The notes beneath the pieces were generated by a model that saw nothing but the letters and a program-made list of their open reading frames with translations, was not told the DNA's origin and made no database searches. This document shows positions 37,327-49,168 of a DNA stretch of 51,200 nt, piece by piece (position 1 is the first letter of the stretch; each line of letters starts with the position of its first letter). The stretch lies in contig NC_069003.1 in assembly GCF_001194135.2 (NCBI RefSeq), positions 12,152,454 through 12,203,653 on the forward strand. The letters run 5' to 3'. Position numbers and translations under genes: made by a program. Source of the stretch: Octopus bimaculoides (lineage: Eukaryota).

Positions 37327-38283
37327 NNNNNNNNNNNNNNNNNNNNNNNNNNNNNNNNNNNNNNNNNNNNNNNNNNNNNNNNNNNNNNNNNNNNNNNNNN
37401 NNNNNNNNNNNNNNNNNNNNNNNNNNNNNNNNNNNNNNNNNNNNNNNNNNNNNNNNNNNNNNNNNNNNNNNNNNNNNNNNNNNNNNNNNNNNNNNNNNNN
37501 NNNNNNNNNNNNNNNNNNNNNNNNNNNNNNNNNNNNNNNNNNNNNNNNNNNNNNNNNNNNNNNNNNNNNNNNNNNNNNNNNNNNNNNNNNNNNNNNNNNN
37601 NNNNNNNNNNNNNNNNNNNNNNNNNNNNNNNNNNNNNNNNNNNNNNNNNNNNNNNNNNNNNNNNNNNNNNNNNNNNNNNNNNNNNNNNNNNNNNNNNNNN
37701 NNNNNNNNNNNNNNNNNNNNNNNNNNNNNNNNNNNNNNNNNNNNNNNNNNNNNNNNNNNNNNNNNNNNNNNNNNNNNNNNNNNNNNNNNNNNNNNNNNNN
37801 NNNNNNNNNNNNNNNNNNNNNNNNNNNNNNNNNNNNNNNNNNNNNNNNNNNNNNNNNNNNNNNNNNNNNNNNNNNNNNNNNNNNNNNNNNNNNNNNNNNN
37901 NNNNNNNNNNNNNNNNNNNNNNNNNNNNNNNNNNNNNNNNNNNNNNNNNNNNNNNNNNNNNNNNNNNNNNNNNNNNNNNNNNNNNNNNNNNNNNNNNNNN
38001 NNNNNNNNNNNNNNNNNNNNNNNNNNNNNNNNNNNNNNNNNNNNNNNNNNNNNNNNNNNNNNNNNNNNNNNNNNNNNNNNNNNNNNNNNNNNNNNNNNNN
38101 NNNNNNNNNNNNNNNNNNNNNNNNNNNNNNNNNNNNNNNNNNNNNNNNNNNNNNNNNNNNNNNNNNNNNNNNNNNNNNNNNNNNNNNNNNNNNNNNNNNN
38201 NNNNNNNNNNNNNNNNNNNNNNNNNNNNNNNNNNNNNNNNNNNNNNNNNNNNNNNNNNNNNNNNNNNNNNNNNNNNNNNNNNN
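37327..38283. other. Assembly gap (957 N); other gaps at 4717-5361, 6213-6895, 21675-21774, 23277-23339, 26235-26853, 32769-32781
   Basis: Runs of N in the sequence. Confidence 1.
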
Positions 38284-38333
<50 letters not shown>

Positions 38334-39989
38334 TATGTGCATGCGTTTATGTCTTTGTTGACCCCACCACCGCTTGACAACTGCTGTTGGTGTGTTTACA
38401 TCTCCGTGACATAGTGGTTTGGCAAAAGAGATTGATCGAATAAGTACCAGGCTTAAAAAAAAAAGTACTGGGGTTCCCCAGCATGGCCGCAGCCTAATAA
38501 CTGCACCAAGTAAAAGATATATGTGTGTGTGTGTGTTTGTCACCCCACCACTGCTTAACAACCAGTGTTGGTATGTTTATGTCCCCATAACTTAGTGGTT
38601 CAGTGACAGAGATTGATAGAATAAGTACTACACTTAAGAACTGGGGTCAATTCATTAAAATAAGAGATGCGGTCTTCACAGGTTTTTTTCCCTGTAAACA
38701 TAAAACAAAAACCATCATCAGACCAACAATGTTGGTATCTTATTTTTTACTTGTTTGAAGGAGACATCGTTGGTGTTTCTAGCAGATCGAGTGCCATGTA
38801 GAGACAGTTTTGTTCGTATCTTTTATCTTTTACTTGTTTCAGTCATTAGACTATGGCCATGCTGGGGCACCACCTTCAAGGGTTTTAGTCCAACAAATTG
38901 ACCCCCAGGACTTATTTTTTTAAAGCCTGGTCTCTTTTGCCAAACTGCTATATTATGTGGACATAAACACACCAACACTGGCTGTCAAGTGGTGGTGGGG
39001 GACAGACAAAAGGACAAACATACACATACATATACGACAGGCTTCTTTCAGTTTCCATCTACCAAACCTACTCACAAGGCCTTGTTCAGCCCAAGGCTAT
39101 AGTAGAAGATACTTGCCCAAGGTACCACACGAGACTGAACCCAGAACTGTGTGGTTGGGAAGCAAGCTTCTTATTTTTTTATTGCCCACAAGGGGCTAAA
39201 CATAGAGGGGACAAACAAGAGTAAACAAAGGGGTTAAGTCGATTACATCAACCCCAGTGCGTAACTGGTACTTAATTTATCGACCCCAAAAGGATGAAAG
39301 GCAAAGTTGACTTCGGCAGAATTTGAACTCAGAACGTAACGGCAGACAAAATACCGCTAAGCATTTCGCCCGGCATACTAACGATTCTGCCAGCTCACCG
39401 CCTTCTTACCACACAGCCATACCTGTGATTATGTGTGTGTGTTTGTCCCCCACCACTGCTTGACAACCAGTGTTGGTGTGTTTATGCTGCTGTAACTTAG
39501 CTGTTCAGCAAAAGATATCGATAAAATAAGTACTACACTTAAAAAGGAAAAAGTACTGGGGTCAATTCCTTCTACTAAAAACCATTCAACATGGTGCTCC
39601 AGCATGGCCATAGTCTAATGACTGAAACAAGTAAAAGATAAAAGATACGAACAAAGCTGTCTCTACATGGCACTCGATCTGCTAGAAACACCAACGATGT
39701 CTCCTTCAAATCATTTGAAAAAGGAAGGACTACATTAGGAAGCAAACTGAGATACATTATGTCTGAAAAAAAGATGTGATGGTCAGGACAGGAATGCCTT
39801 TGATCATAAGCCTGCTTTAACCCTAGGGTGAGCCTGGAGATTAAACAAGACCAACAACAGATGCACACTGCTTGTAAAAACAAAAATTTAAAAAAAACGC
39901 TTCGATGGTCACAGTTGAAATATCTTAAATCATAAATGTACTTGATCAGGGCTGGCCTAGGGTTAAACAAGATCATCATCATTATCATA

Positions 39990-40883
39990 ATGATAATGGT
40001 TTCAAATTTTGGCACAAGGCCAGCAATTTCAAAGTAGGGAGTAAAACGACTATGTTGCTTAACTGGTACTTGTTTTAGCAACCCCAGAAGGGTGAAAGAC
40101 AGAATCAACTTTGGCAGCATTTGAACTCAGAACATAAAGACACGAAATGCTGCTAAGCATTTTGTCCAGCATGCTGACAGTTCCACCAGCTTGCTGCAAC
40201 CAAAATAATAATAATAATCCTTTCAACTAAAGGCACAAAGCCAGGAATTTGAGAGAGGGAACTAGCTGAATACATTGAACCCCCAGCGTTACACTGGTAC
40301 TTAATTTATTGACCCCGAAAGGAAAAACGGCAAAGTCGACCTCAGTGGAATTTGAACTCAGAACATAAAGACAAACCAACTGCCACTAAGCATTTTGTCC
40401 AGCAAGCTAGCTAAAATAATAATAATCTTCTCGACTATAGGTACAAGGCCTGAAATTTTGGAGGAGTGGGGCAGTCAATTTCATCTCCCCACCACCCCAG
40501 GTGCTTCACTGGTAATTGTTTCATTGGCCCAGAAAAGAAGGCAAAGTTGACGTCAGTGAAATTTGAACTCAGAATATAAAAACGGATGAAATTCTGCTAA
40601 GCAATTTGCCCAGTGTGCTAAGGATTTTGCTGGCTTGCCACCATAATAATCATCCTAATAATAATAATAATAATAATAATAACTATTATTATTTATTATT
40701 TCAAATTTTTGTGGATGAGTCAATTACATCGACCCAGTGTGCAGCTGGTATTTATTTTATCGACCCTGAAAGAATGAAAGGCAAAGTCGACCTCAATGGA
40801 ATTTGAACTCAGAATGTAGCGAAGGGCAAAATACCGCTAAGCATTTCGTCCACCATGCTAACAATTCTGCCAGCTCACCACCT

Positions 40884-40918
<35 letters not shown>

Positions 40919-41120
40919 CCTGTCTACTATAGTCCCAAGGCCTGAAATTTTGGGGGAAGGGGCAGTTGATTAGATTGACTCCAGTACGCAACTGGTACTT
41001 AATTTATCAACCCCAAAAGGATGAAAGGCAAAGCTGACCTTGGCGGAATTTGAACTCAGAATGTAAAGACAGATGAAATACCACTAAGCATTTGTCTGGT
41101 GTGTAAACAATTCTGCCGGT
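39990..41120 (-). repeat. Head-to-tail array of about 5 copies of a ~200-bp tRNA-derived SINE with (ATT)n tail
   Basis: Repeating unit (aat)n-cctttctactataggcacaaggcctgaaatttt...gaccccgaaaggatgaaaggcaaagtcgacctc...atttgaactcagaac...ctaagcattt...ctgccagctc. All copies are co-oriented and diverged from each other. Confidence 0.85.
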
Positions 41121-41725
41121 TGTATGTTAAATTAAGAAATGGAGATGTAAGAATTTGACCAAAGACAGCCTTACTGATATTTTGAAAATCAATAAACTAG
41201 ATACAGTATAACACCAAGACATTCACACTCGCACACACGCATATACATATATACATAGTGAGAGAGGGGGTGGAGAGAGAAAAACACATACAGAAGTACA
41301 TACATATACACACACAATCCAGTCAGCGTGTACGGCAGATGTGAAATGATGATGATAATGAAGCAGTAGTGATTGTGGTGGTGGTGGTGCTGGTAGTGGT
41401 GATGATATACACATATTTGGGTGTGTGTGTGTGTGTGTGTGTGTGTGTATTATATATATATACACACACATATACTCTTTTACTTGTTTCAGTCATTTGA
41501 CTGCAGCCATGCTGGAGCACCGCTTTTAGTCGAGCAAATCGACCCCAGGACTTATTCTTTGGAAGCCTAGTACTTATTCTATCGGTCTCATTCGTGTGTG
41601 TGTGTGTGTATGTGTACCTCTTGCTATATTTGAGGATGGATGGTTATAAAGAGGTTAAAAAGAAACTGAGGGCAATATAATAATGGTTAAGGATGAAATA
41701 AATATCACGAAGCGAAAGAACTTAC

Positions 41726-41791
41726 CAAATTGTGTGCTTCATCAAATATAATGACGTTGCCTTTCAATTCAACACCATTTGACTTGCGAGA
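41726..41791 (-). CDS. RTEL1: RTEL1 internal exon (66 bp, phase 0 to 0) with helicase motif II (DEAH)
   Basis: Acceptor gtttttcag| and donor |gtaagt. Translates SRKSNGVELKGNVIIFDEAHNL (RTEL1: [22 protein letters not shown]). Confidence 0.97.
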
Positions 41792-41987
41792 CTGAAAAAC
41801 AATGAAACCAGAACACTTTAAGAATCCTTGACGCAAGATTTTGTTCGACTAAACCCTTTCAGGTGGTGTCGCAGTATGGTTGCAGTCCAATGAGTGAAAC
41901 AAGTGAAGGAGAGAATCAAAATAACACAAAAATGGAAACAGAAAAATAAAGAAAAGAAAAGAAAACTGTAAGGAAGCTGTTTCTTAC

Positions 41988-42072
41988 CTTTGGATCAAGT
42001 AGATAGTTGTACGGCATAAATATTATATCTGCATCCTTCTTGAGATCTATTGACAGGTAATAGGGGCACAAT
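41988..42072 (-). CDS. RTEL1: RTEL1 internal exon (85 bp, phase 2 to 0)
   Basis: Acceptor (att)n-ag| and donor |gtaag. Translates (K)[28 protein letters not shown], close to RTEL1 [28 protein letters not shown], including the last Fe-S cysteine. Confidence 0.97.
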
Positions 42073-42319
42073 CTAATAATAATAATAATAATAATAGCAA
42101 CAATAATAATAAAAGTTTCGTTTTTGCATTTGGTTTGCAAGTTTCTTTATGTGCATTCATGTTTTGAAGCATATTTTATTGTCTGGAGAGAGCCATTCTC
42201 TTTTAGTGTCTTATTTAACACACTCACCGGTTAGATTTCCACTCACTGGAAATTGAACCAGTGAGTGTGTTAAATAATAAGGCACTAAAAGAGAATGACT
42301 CTCCCCAGACAAGAAAATA

Positions 42320-43490
42320 ATAATAATCCTTTCTACTATAGGCGCAAGGCCTGAAATTTTTGGGGAAGGTGAAGAGTCGATTACATCGACCCCAGTATAC
42401 AACTGGTACTTATTTTATCGACCCCGAAAGGATGAAAGACAAAGTCAACCTCAGAGGAATTTGAACTCAGAACACGAAGACAGATGAAATGCACTAAGAA
42501 TTTTGCCAGCGTACTAATGACTCTACCAGCTCACCACCTTAATAATAATAATAATGATGATGATGATGATTACAAATTTTGGCACAGGGGCAGCAATGTC
42601 GGAGAGGTGGGTTTAAGTCAATTACATTGACCCCCACCAGTGTTCAACTGATACTTATTTTGTCAACCCCGAAAGGGATGAAATACAAAGTCAACCATGA
42701 CAGCATTTGAACTCAGAGTGCAAAAAGTCGGAAGGAATATTGCTAAGCATTTTGCTCAAATTGAAAGCAATTCTACCAAAATGCCACATTTATTATTATA
42801 ATAATAATTCTTTCTACTATAGGCACAAGCCCTGAATCTTGTGGGGAGGGGCTAGTCGATTATATCAGCCCAAGAGCATGACTGGTACTTATTCTATTGA
42901 TCTCAAAAGGAGAAAAGGCAAAGTCAACCTTGGTAGAATTTGAACTCAGAACATAAAGACAGACGAAATGCTGCAAAGCATTTTGCTCAGCATGCTAATG
43001 ATTCTGCCAGATCACCACCTTAATAATAATAATAATAATAATAATGATAATAATAATTCTTTCTACTACAGGCACAAAATCTGAAATTTGGTGTGGAGGG
43101 GACTGGTCAATTACATCAACCCCAGTGCGTAACTGGTACTTATTTCATCAACCCTGAAAGGATGCAAAGCAAAGTCGACCTTGGCAGAATTTGAACTCAG
43201 AAAATAAAGATAGACAAAATGCCGCTAAACATTTCGCCCGTCATGTTAAGGATTCGGCCAGCTTAATGGTAATTAATAATGGCATTGGTTTAAAATTTTG
43301 GCACAAGGCCAGCAATTCTAGGGGAAGGAATGATTGATTACATTGACCTCAGTACATGACTGGTACCTGATTTTATCAATCATGAAAGCATGAGCAGTGA
43401 AGCTGACACCAGCAGCATTTGAACTCAGAACGTAAAGAACTGGAAGATGCCATGAAACATGTTATCTGAAATGCTAACGATTCTGCATGT
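42320..43490 (-). repeat. Second head-to-tail array (about 5 copies) of the same SINE
   Basis: Units at ~42320, 42570, 42805, 43055 and 43290, separated by (AAT)n/(GAT)n tracts. Confidence 0.85.
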
Positions 43491-44231
43491 ATACTTACCT
43501 ACATGTTTGCCAACAGTAAACATGGAGTAAGTAACAGGGAAAATTGTAAGAGACTTTACAGATGTAGGGGCAGGCATAGTTGGATGGTTAAGAAGTTTGC
43601 TTCACTAACCCATGGGTTCAAGTTCAGTCCCTCTGCATGGCAACTTAGGCAAGTGTCTTCTACTGTAGCCCTACACTAACCAGAACCATTACATAATATT
43701 ATATTATAGATATATAGATATGTAGGTGCAGGAGTGGCTGTTTGGTAAGAAGCTTGTTTTCCAACTACATGGTTCTAGGTTCAGTCCCATTGCATGGCAC
43801 CATGAGCAAGTGTCCTCTATTATAGCCTCAAGCTGACCAAAGTATTGCGAGTGGAGACGGAAACTGAAAGAAGCCTGTCGTATATACATCTATGTGTGTG
43901 TGTCATTGGGTCTGTGTTTGCTCCCCACCACCTCTTGACAACCAGTGTTGGTGTGTTTATATCCCCATCACTCAACTGTTCGGCAAAAAGAGATCAATAG
44001 ACTAAATACTAAGCTTAAAGAAAAATAAAAGTACTGGGGTCAAATCATTTGACTAAAATTGTTCAAGGCAGTGCCCCAGCATGGCCGCAGTCTAATGGCT
44101 GAAACAAGTAAAGAATAAAAGATGTGTGTGTGTGTATGTAATTATGATAACTAAAAGATGAAGATCAATTAATATTAATTAAGGGATAGAGAAACCAAGT
44201 GAAAATCAATTAACATAAAGGAGTACTTTAC

Positions 44232-44316
44232 TTGTGCTGGACCCCAATAGTAACTAGGTCTTCAATATCCACAATGTTACCAGTTGCCTTTCGAGGGTCA
44301 CCCGTCCTCTTCAATT
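44232..44316 (-). CDS. RTEL1: RTEL1 internal exon (85 bp, phase 1 to 2)
   Basis: Acceptor tttttgcctttttcag| and donor |gtaaag. Translates (E)LKRTGDPRKATGNIVDIEDLVTIGVQH(K). IVDIEDLV matches the conserved ILDIEDLV motif of RTEL1/FANCJ/XPD-family helicases. Confidence 0.93.
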
Positions 44317-44342
44317 CTGAAAAAGGCAAAAACAGAGCAGTG

Positions 44343-44373
<31 letters not shown>

Positions 44374-46358
44374 CTGAGTTTTTTTTTTTTTTACTTATTC
44401 TTAAAATCTCCCCCAGTTCTTCCTTAATGGTGTTCTCTGGATAAACAGATAAGTATGCCTATGATTAAAGATATTCATGATACAACCATTCTATCTTAAC
44501 CTTTTAGCTTATTATTTACTCTGTCAAATGTCATGCTAATTTATTCACATTGTTTTGAATTAATCATGCATTATCTTGTAGCTTTAAGATCTCAATGGAG
44601 TGATTATCATATTTTTAAAACGATATTGTTCTGTAGGTGTGAGGAAAAAGTAAAAAAAAGCTTCCTTTTCAAGTCATACCAACTTATAAGGGCTGGTTTC
44701 TCAGTTTCCATGGCGTTTAAATTCCCCACCTGGATGGGACGGCAGTCCATCACAGAATTACTCGTTTTTGCCAGCTGAGTAAATTGGAGCAACACAAAAT
44801 GAAGTGTTTTGCTTAAGAACACAACACATCACCCGGTCCAGGAAGCGAAACCACAATCTTACGATCAGGAGTCCAACATCCAAACCACTAAGCCACAAGC
44901 CTCCATGATAGGTGTCAGAGGCTTGATCTGGCCTGTTTTAGTATAAAACAGGCAAAATATTTGGGCTGGATATGGTTGGTTTAATCCTTTGGCATTCAGA
45001 TTGCTCTGTCAAATGTAATTTCACTGTTTTGGATTAATCACAGATTATCTTATAACCTTGAGTGTTTGATGATATAATTAGTTTACTTTTAGAATGACCT
45101 TGTAGGATAGGTGTGAGAGGCAGGATCTAGTTGGTTTGAACATAAGTCTAACTGAAAATGGTAAGCCAGAGAGCCGCACCAAGCCACAGTCTGTTTTGGC
45201 CTAGTTTCTACAGCTGGATGCCCTTCCTAATGCCAACCACTCCATAGATGGTACTAGGTGCCTCTTACATGTCACTGATATGGGTGCCTTTTATATGTCA
45301 CCAGTGCTAGCCATGGCTAGGATTTCACTTGGCTTGACGTATCTTTTCAAGCACAGCAAATTGCCAAACGTCCAAATCCCTTGTCATCACTTCTGTGAGA
45401 CATAACATTTGAAGATCACACTTTACTACCTTGACCCATGTCTTCCTGGATCCTCTTTTTCTACAGGTTCCCTCCACAGTTATAAATCACCACTTCTTTA
45501 TGCAGCTGTCCTCATCCCTACTATAACATCAGTCTGAGCAATGTCACTCAAGAGAGAAAACAGTATGCATTTTATAGTGCTTGGTGCCATGAAAATGCAC
45601 CCAGGGCACTCTGTAAAATAGTTAGATAAATGAAGCAGAAATCATAGTCAAGGTCACTATGGTCTGGTGGATGACATGACCATCTCTCTAGTGCTGGTGC
45701 TATGATAAAACAGTCCCAGTACACATGGGAGTGCAGTAAAGTTCCTGGTTTTCAGTCAAAGAAAATACAAGAGGATCAGTTAATTATGATTTTATTCAAC
45801 ATATTCCCCTCTAAGGTTCACACACTTATTGCAGTGGTCCTTCAGATTTCCTAAGCCCTGTAAGAGAACTTGGAAGGCTAGGCCTGAAACAAGGAACTTT
45901 TCAGCATCCCCTCATATTTTGTATAGTGGTTGGTGTTAGGAAGGGCATTGAACCATAGAGACCATGGCAAAACTGAGATGTCTATAGTAGTGGAACTGTG
46001 ACCTCTCAATGTACAGAAGTAACATAGTGACCTGGATAGACTCTGAGAAATTTTAAAATAATTAATTTAGTTCTCCATTTCTTGAAAATACTCCCCTTCC
46101 ACTTTCTTTTGTGATTTTCTAACAAATACTGCAAAGATCATCTTTCTTTCTCCAACTAAATGGTAAATTCAAATTCATAAAGTTGGGTTTCTTGTCTTTT
46201 TTTTTTTGCATACATCATTCTGTACATCAACTTCTACCTGATGTATCTTAATCCAGGACATGGACTTACTCATTTCAGTTATTTATCCTTAATTCAATTT
46301 CATTAGAACTGATGATGATGATGATTCCAAATAATGAAGGAAGGAAGGAAAAACTCAC

Positions 46359-46419
46359 CATCAAGTTTGTTGTAAAAGCGACATGTCCGGTTGTTCACCT
46401 TAGCTCGACACATTAACAC
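46359..46419 (-). CDS. RTEL1: RTEL1 internal exon (61 bp, phase 0 to 1), Fe-S domain
   Basis: Acceptor ttttatcttttccatccag| and donor |gtgagt. Translates VLMCRAKVNNRTCRFYNKLD, matching the RTEL1 segment [20 protein letters not shown] (human, from memory) with two Fe-S cysteines. In frame with the next exon. Confidence 0.93.
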
Positions 46420-46459
46420 CTGGATGGAAAAGATAAAAGGGAAGATGTACATGCATATA

Positions 46460-46507
46460 CAGGGTGTCCCAGAATTAACTACAGATAGTTAAGTCTGGGA
46501 CACCCTG
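46460..46507. mobile_element. 48-bp Tc1/mariner-type mini-MITE hairpin
   Basis: ta|cagggtgtcccaga-attaact-acagat-agttaag-tctgggacaccctg|tg: about a 21-bp stem and 6-nt loop, with Tc1-like CAGGGTGTCCC ends. Confidence 0.7.
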
Positions 46508-46681
46508 TGTGTGTATGTATATATATGTATGTATGTATGTATGTGAATATATGTGTGTGTAATATTCATAAAACAGACATGGAGCCTGGGCAGCTCTTCA
46601 GCTGGCCACCTCCTGTCAAACCATCCAATCCACGCCAGCATGGAAAACAGACATTAAATGATGATGACGTGCGTGCGTGTG

Positions 46682-46745
<64 letters not shown>

Positions 46746-47326
46746 GCAATAAGAAAATGGAGGGGAATATGCGGTACCCATCGACTTGCAGACACCGTAT
46801 TCTGTTGATTAATCTGTTTATTTTATAACTAAATTGACAAAAAACACAATATACAGACACTTATGACATACCATGTCATACCAACAATTAAGATTTCAAA
46901 TTTAAAGGATATTTAGCAATTGGAGAAGGGACAAAATCTTACAGCTGTTTCGGCCTAGTGTTGGCATGCCCCAGTCTATCTATATAGCTCCCATACGCTG
47001 GAATACTTAGTAGATGAAAATGATGTAATGGGTGTACATGCATGATTCACTAGGCCACTTCAGAGATTTACAAAATTCAATACATGAATTTTGCCAAATT
47101 TTAATACAAATATAAAATAAGAATAAAAATTAAAAATAAAAATATAAGGCACATAAAAAAAACCTACAAAAAGTATATAAAACCATATAAATAGTCATAA
47201 AAACTCCAATGTACATGCCTATGCATGTATACATTACCATATGCAGCAATAATTGGGTACCCTCCCAGCAGTATATTGGATAGATATTATCCCTTAGTGG
47301 GTTGGATCTTCAACCCTAACTCTTGG

Positions 47327-47359
<33 letters not shown>

Positions 47360-48814
47360 GGAAGAGACAGAGGAAGCAAAGTGAGACAGAGAGAGATAGA
47401 AAGGGTGAAGTGAAGCAAAAAATAAAGTGGGAGAAAGGTATGATGAAAGATGGGAGGAGGACAACAACTATGAAGAGAGACGAAGAAAGATGAAGGGTGT
47501 TGAGAGTAGATGAGGAGAAAGAGAAAAACTGACTGAGAGAGAGAAAGAGAGATGTAAGTGGGACGGTGGGAAAGAAATGTAAACAGGAGGGAGGGAGGAG
47601 CATGAGATGTAGAGAAAGATAGGCATTCAACAAGAGTGGGGGAGGAGGGTAGTGGAGTTGGTGGTGTTGATAGTAGCGTTGATGGTGTCGAGGGTAGTTA
47701 TTTTGCTGTTGTTGTTGTTGGTGGTGGTAGTTGCACTGGAGTTGGTGGTGTCATTGATGGAGTTGGTAGGGGTGACACTAGTGTTGTTGTCGTTAGTAAT
47801 GTTGCTAGTGTTGTAGAGTGATGGAGAGAACTCAGCTAAGTGCCATGCTGCTCCATGTTACCGTGCCACCACCACCACCACCACACCAAACTTGGCACCT
47901 GAAAGTCTCACAGATAAACATCTCTTTCTCAAGTAATTACCAATTTGCAGAGTGTGCACAACAATGCATGTATATGCACAGGTAACTTGCAGAAATACAC
48001 ACACACGCATGTAAATGGATGTGTTCAAATCCTTCAAACATCAATAAAACTGTGTACACTCATTGCATGTATGTATAACAGGGTGTATATAAGTTGTGGT
48101 TCAATGCTCCAGAGACACTTTCCCCTCAGGCACAGTGTGACATAGGGTGTGATAACACTAGAGCCCTTGAGTCATAGGTTAAATCTGGTTGTGTGATTAA
48201 GAAGCTCGCTTTGCAACCATGTGGTTTTGGGTTCAAACCCACTGTATAGCACCTTTGGAAAATGTCTATTACTATAGCCCCCAGATCAACTAAATAACTT
48301 GCGAGTGAATTTAGTAGATGGAAACTGTGTGGAAGCCTGCCATATACATATGTGTGTGCAAGCATTTTTGTGTTGACCTCTCCACCACTGCTTGACAACT
48401 GGTGCTGGTTTGTTTATGTCAGGGTTATAGTAGAAGGCCCTTGCACAAGGTTCAGAATGGCATTGAACCTGGGATCACATAATTAGAAAGCAAACTTCTT
48501 TACACAGCCTTGCCCTGCAACTATTACAACTAAAAACAATTCAAAATATTCCTTGGTGACCCTGTTGGTGATGGTGCCATATAAAAAGTACCAAGTACAC
48601 TCTGTAAAGTGGTTGGCATTTGGAAAGGCATCCAGCTGTAGAAACCATGCCAAAATGGACAATAAGACTGGTGTGGCTCCCAGCCTTGCCAACTCTTTTC
48701 AAACTGTCCAATCTATGCCAGCATGGAAAACAGACATTAAATCATGATAATGGTGGTGATAACAATATACATATACGTGTGTGTATGTGTGTGTATATAT
48801 AAACACAAACATAT

Positions 48815-49047
48815 ACGAAGGGATATCAAAAAGTTCCAGGCTTTAAGGGTACCGCATAAGGCCTGGTTGAAGGACCAATCTTCCGAGCTCGCTCAGAAAA
48901 ACTGAAGGACTGCTGTAGTAAGAGTGTGAATCTGAGAGGGGAATATGGTGAATAAAATCATAATTGAATAAAATCATAAAATCATCATTACTGATGCTCC
49001 TGTAATTTCTTTTACTCAAAGCCAGGAACTTTTCAGCAACCCCTCGT
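48815..49047. mobile_element. Mariner-type MITE (copies also at ~20490-20680 and ~45722-45915)
   Basis: TIR-like ends tacgaagggatatcaaaaagttcc / ggaacttttcagcaacccctcgt. Shared internal sequence ttttattcaacatattcccctctcagattcacacac. Confidence 0.65.
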
Positions 49048-49168
49048 GTGTGTGTCTGTGTGTGTGTGTGTGTGTGTGTGAGTGTGTGTATATATGTATA
49101 TGTAGAAGGTTGAAAAGTAACACATGAGTTGATATGTGTAAAGAAAATAAGACAAGGTAGAAAATGCT

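Noticed and set aside
38655-38715. Acceptor ttttgttttatgtttacag followed by sequence loosely resembling the missing exon (KKTCEDRISYF..LTP versus EKMCEESASFDLTP)
   Set aside because: It needs frameshifts to join the phase-0 DEAHNL exon, stops quickly in frame 0, and overlaps a degenerate SINE end. Chance similarity is more likely, though a pseudo-exon cannot be fully excluded.
41988-42072. Alternative assignment to the paralogues FANCJ/BRIP1, DDX11 or XPD
   Set aside because: [13 protein letters not shown], the LKGxVxIFDEAHN exon, the 39-bp exon and the TKPG-S-YIF junction fit RTEL1 sequence and exon phases best.
39990-43490. Regularly spaced repeats superficially like a CRISPR array
   Set aside because: Units are ~200-bp diverged SINE copies with microsatellite linkers, in a eukaryotic intron with no cas genes.
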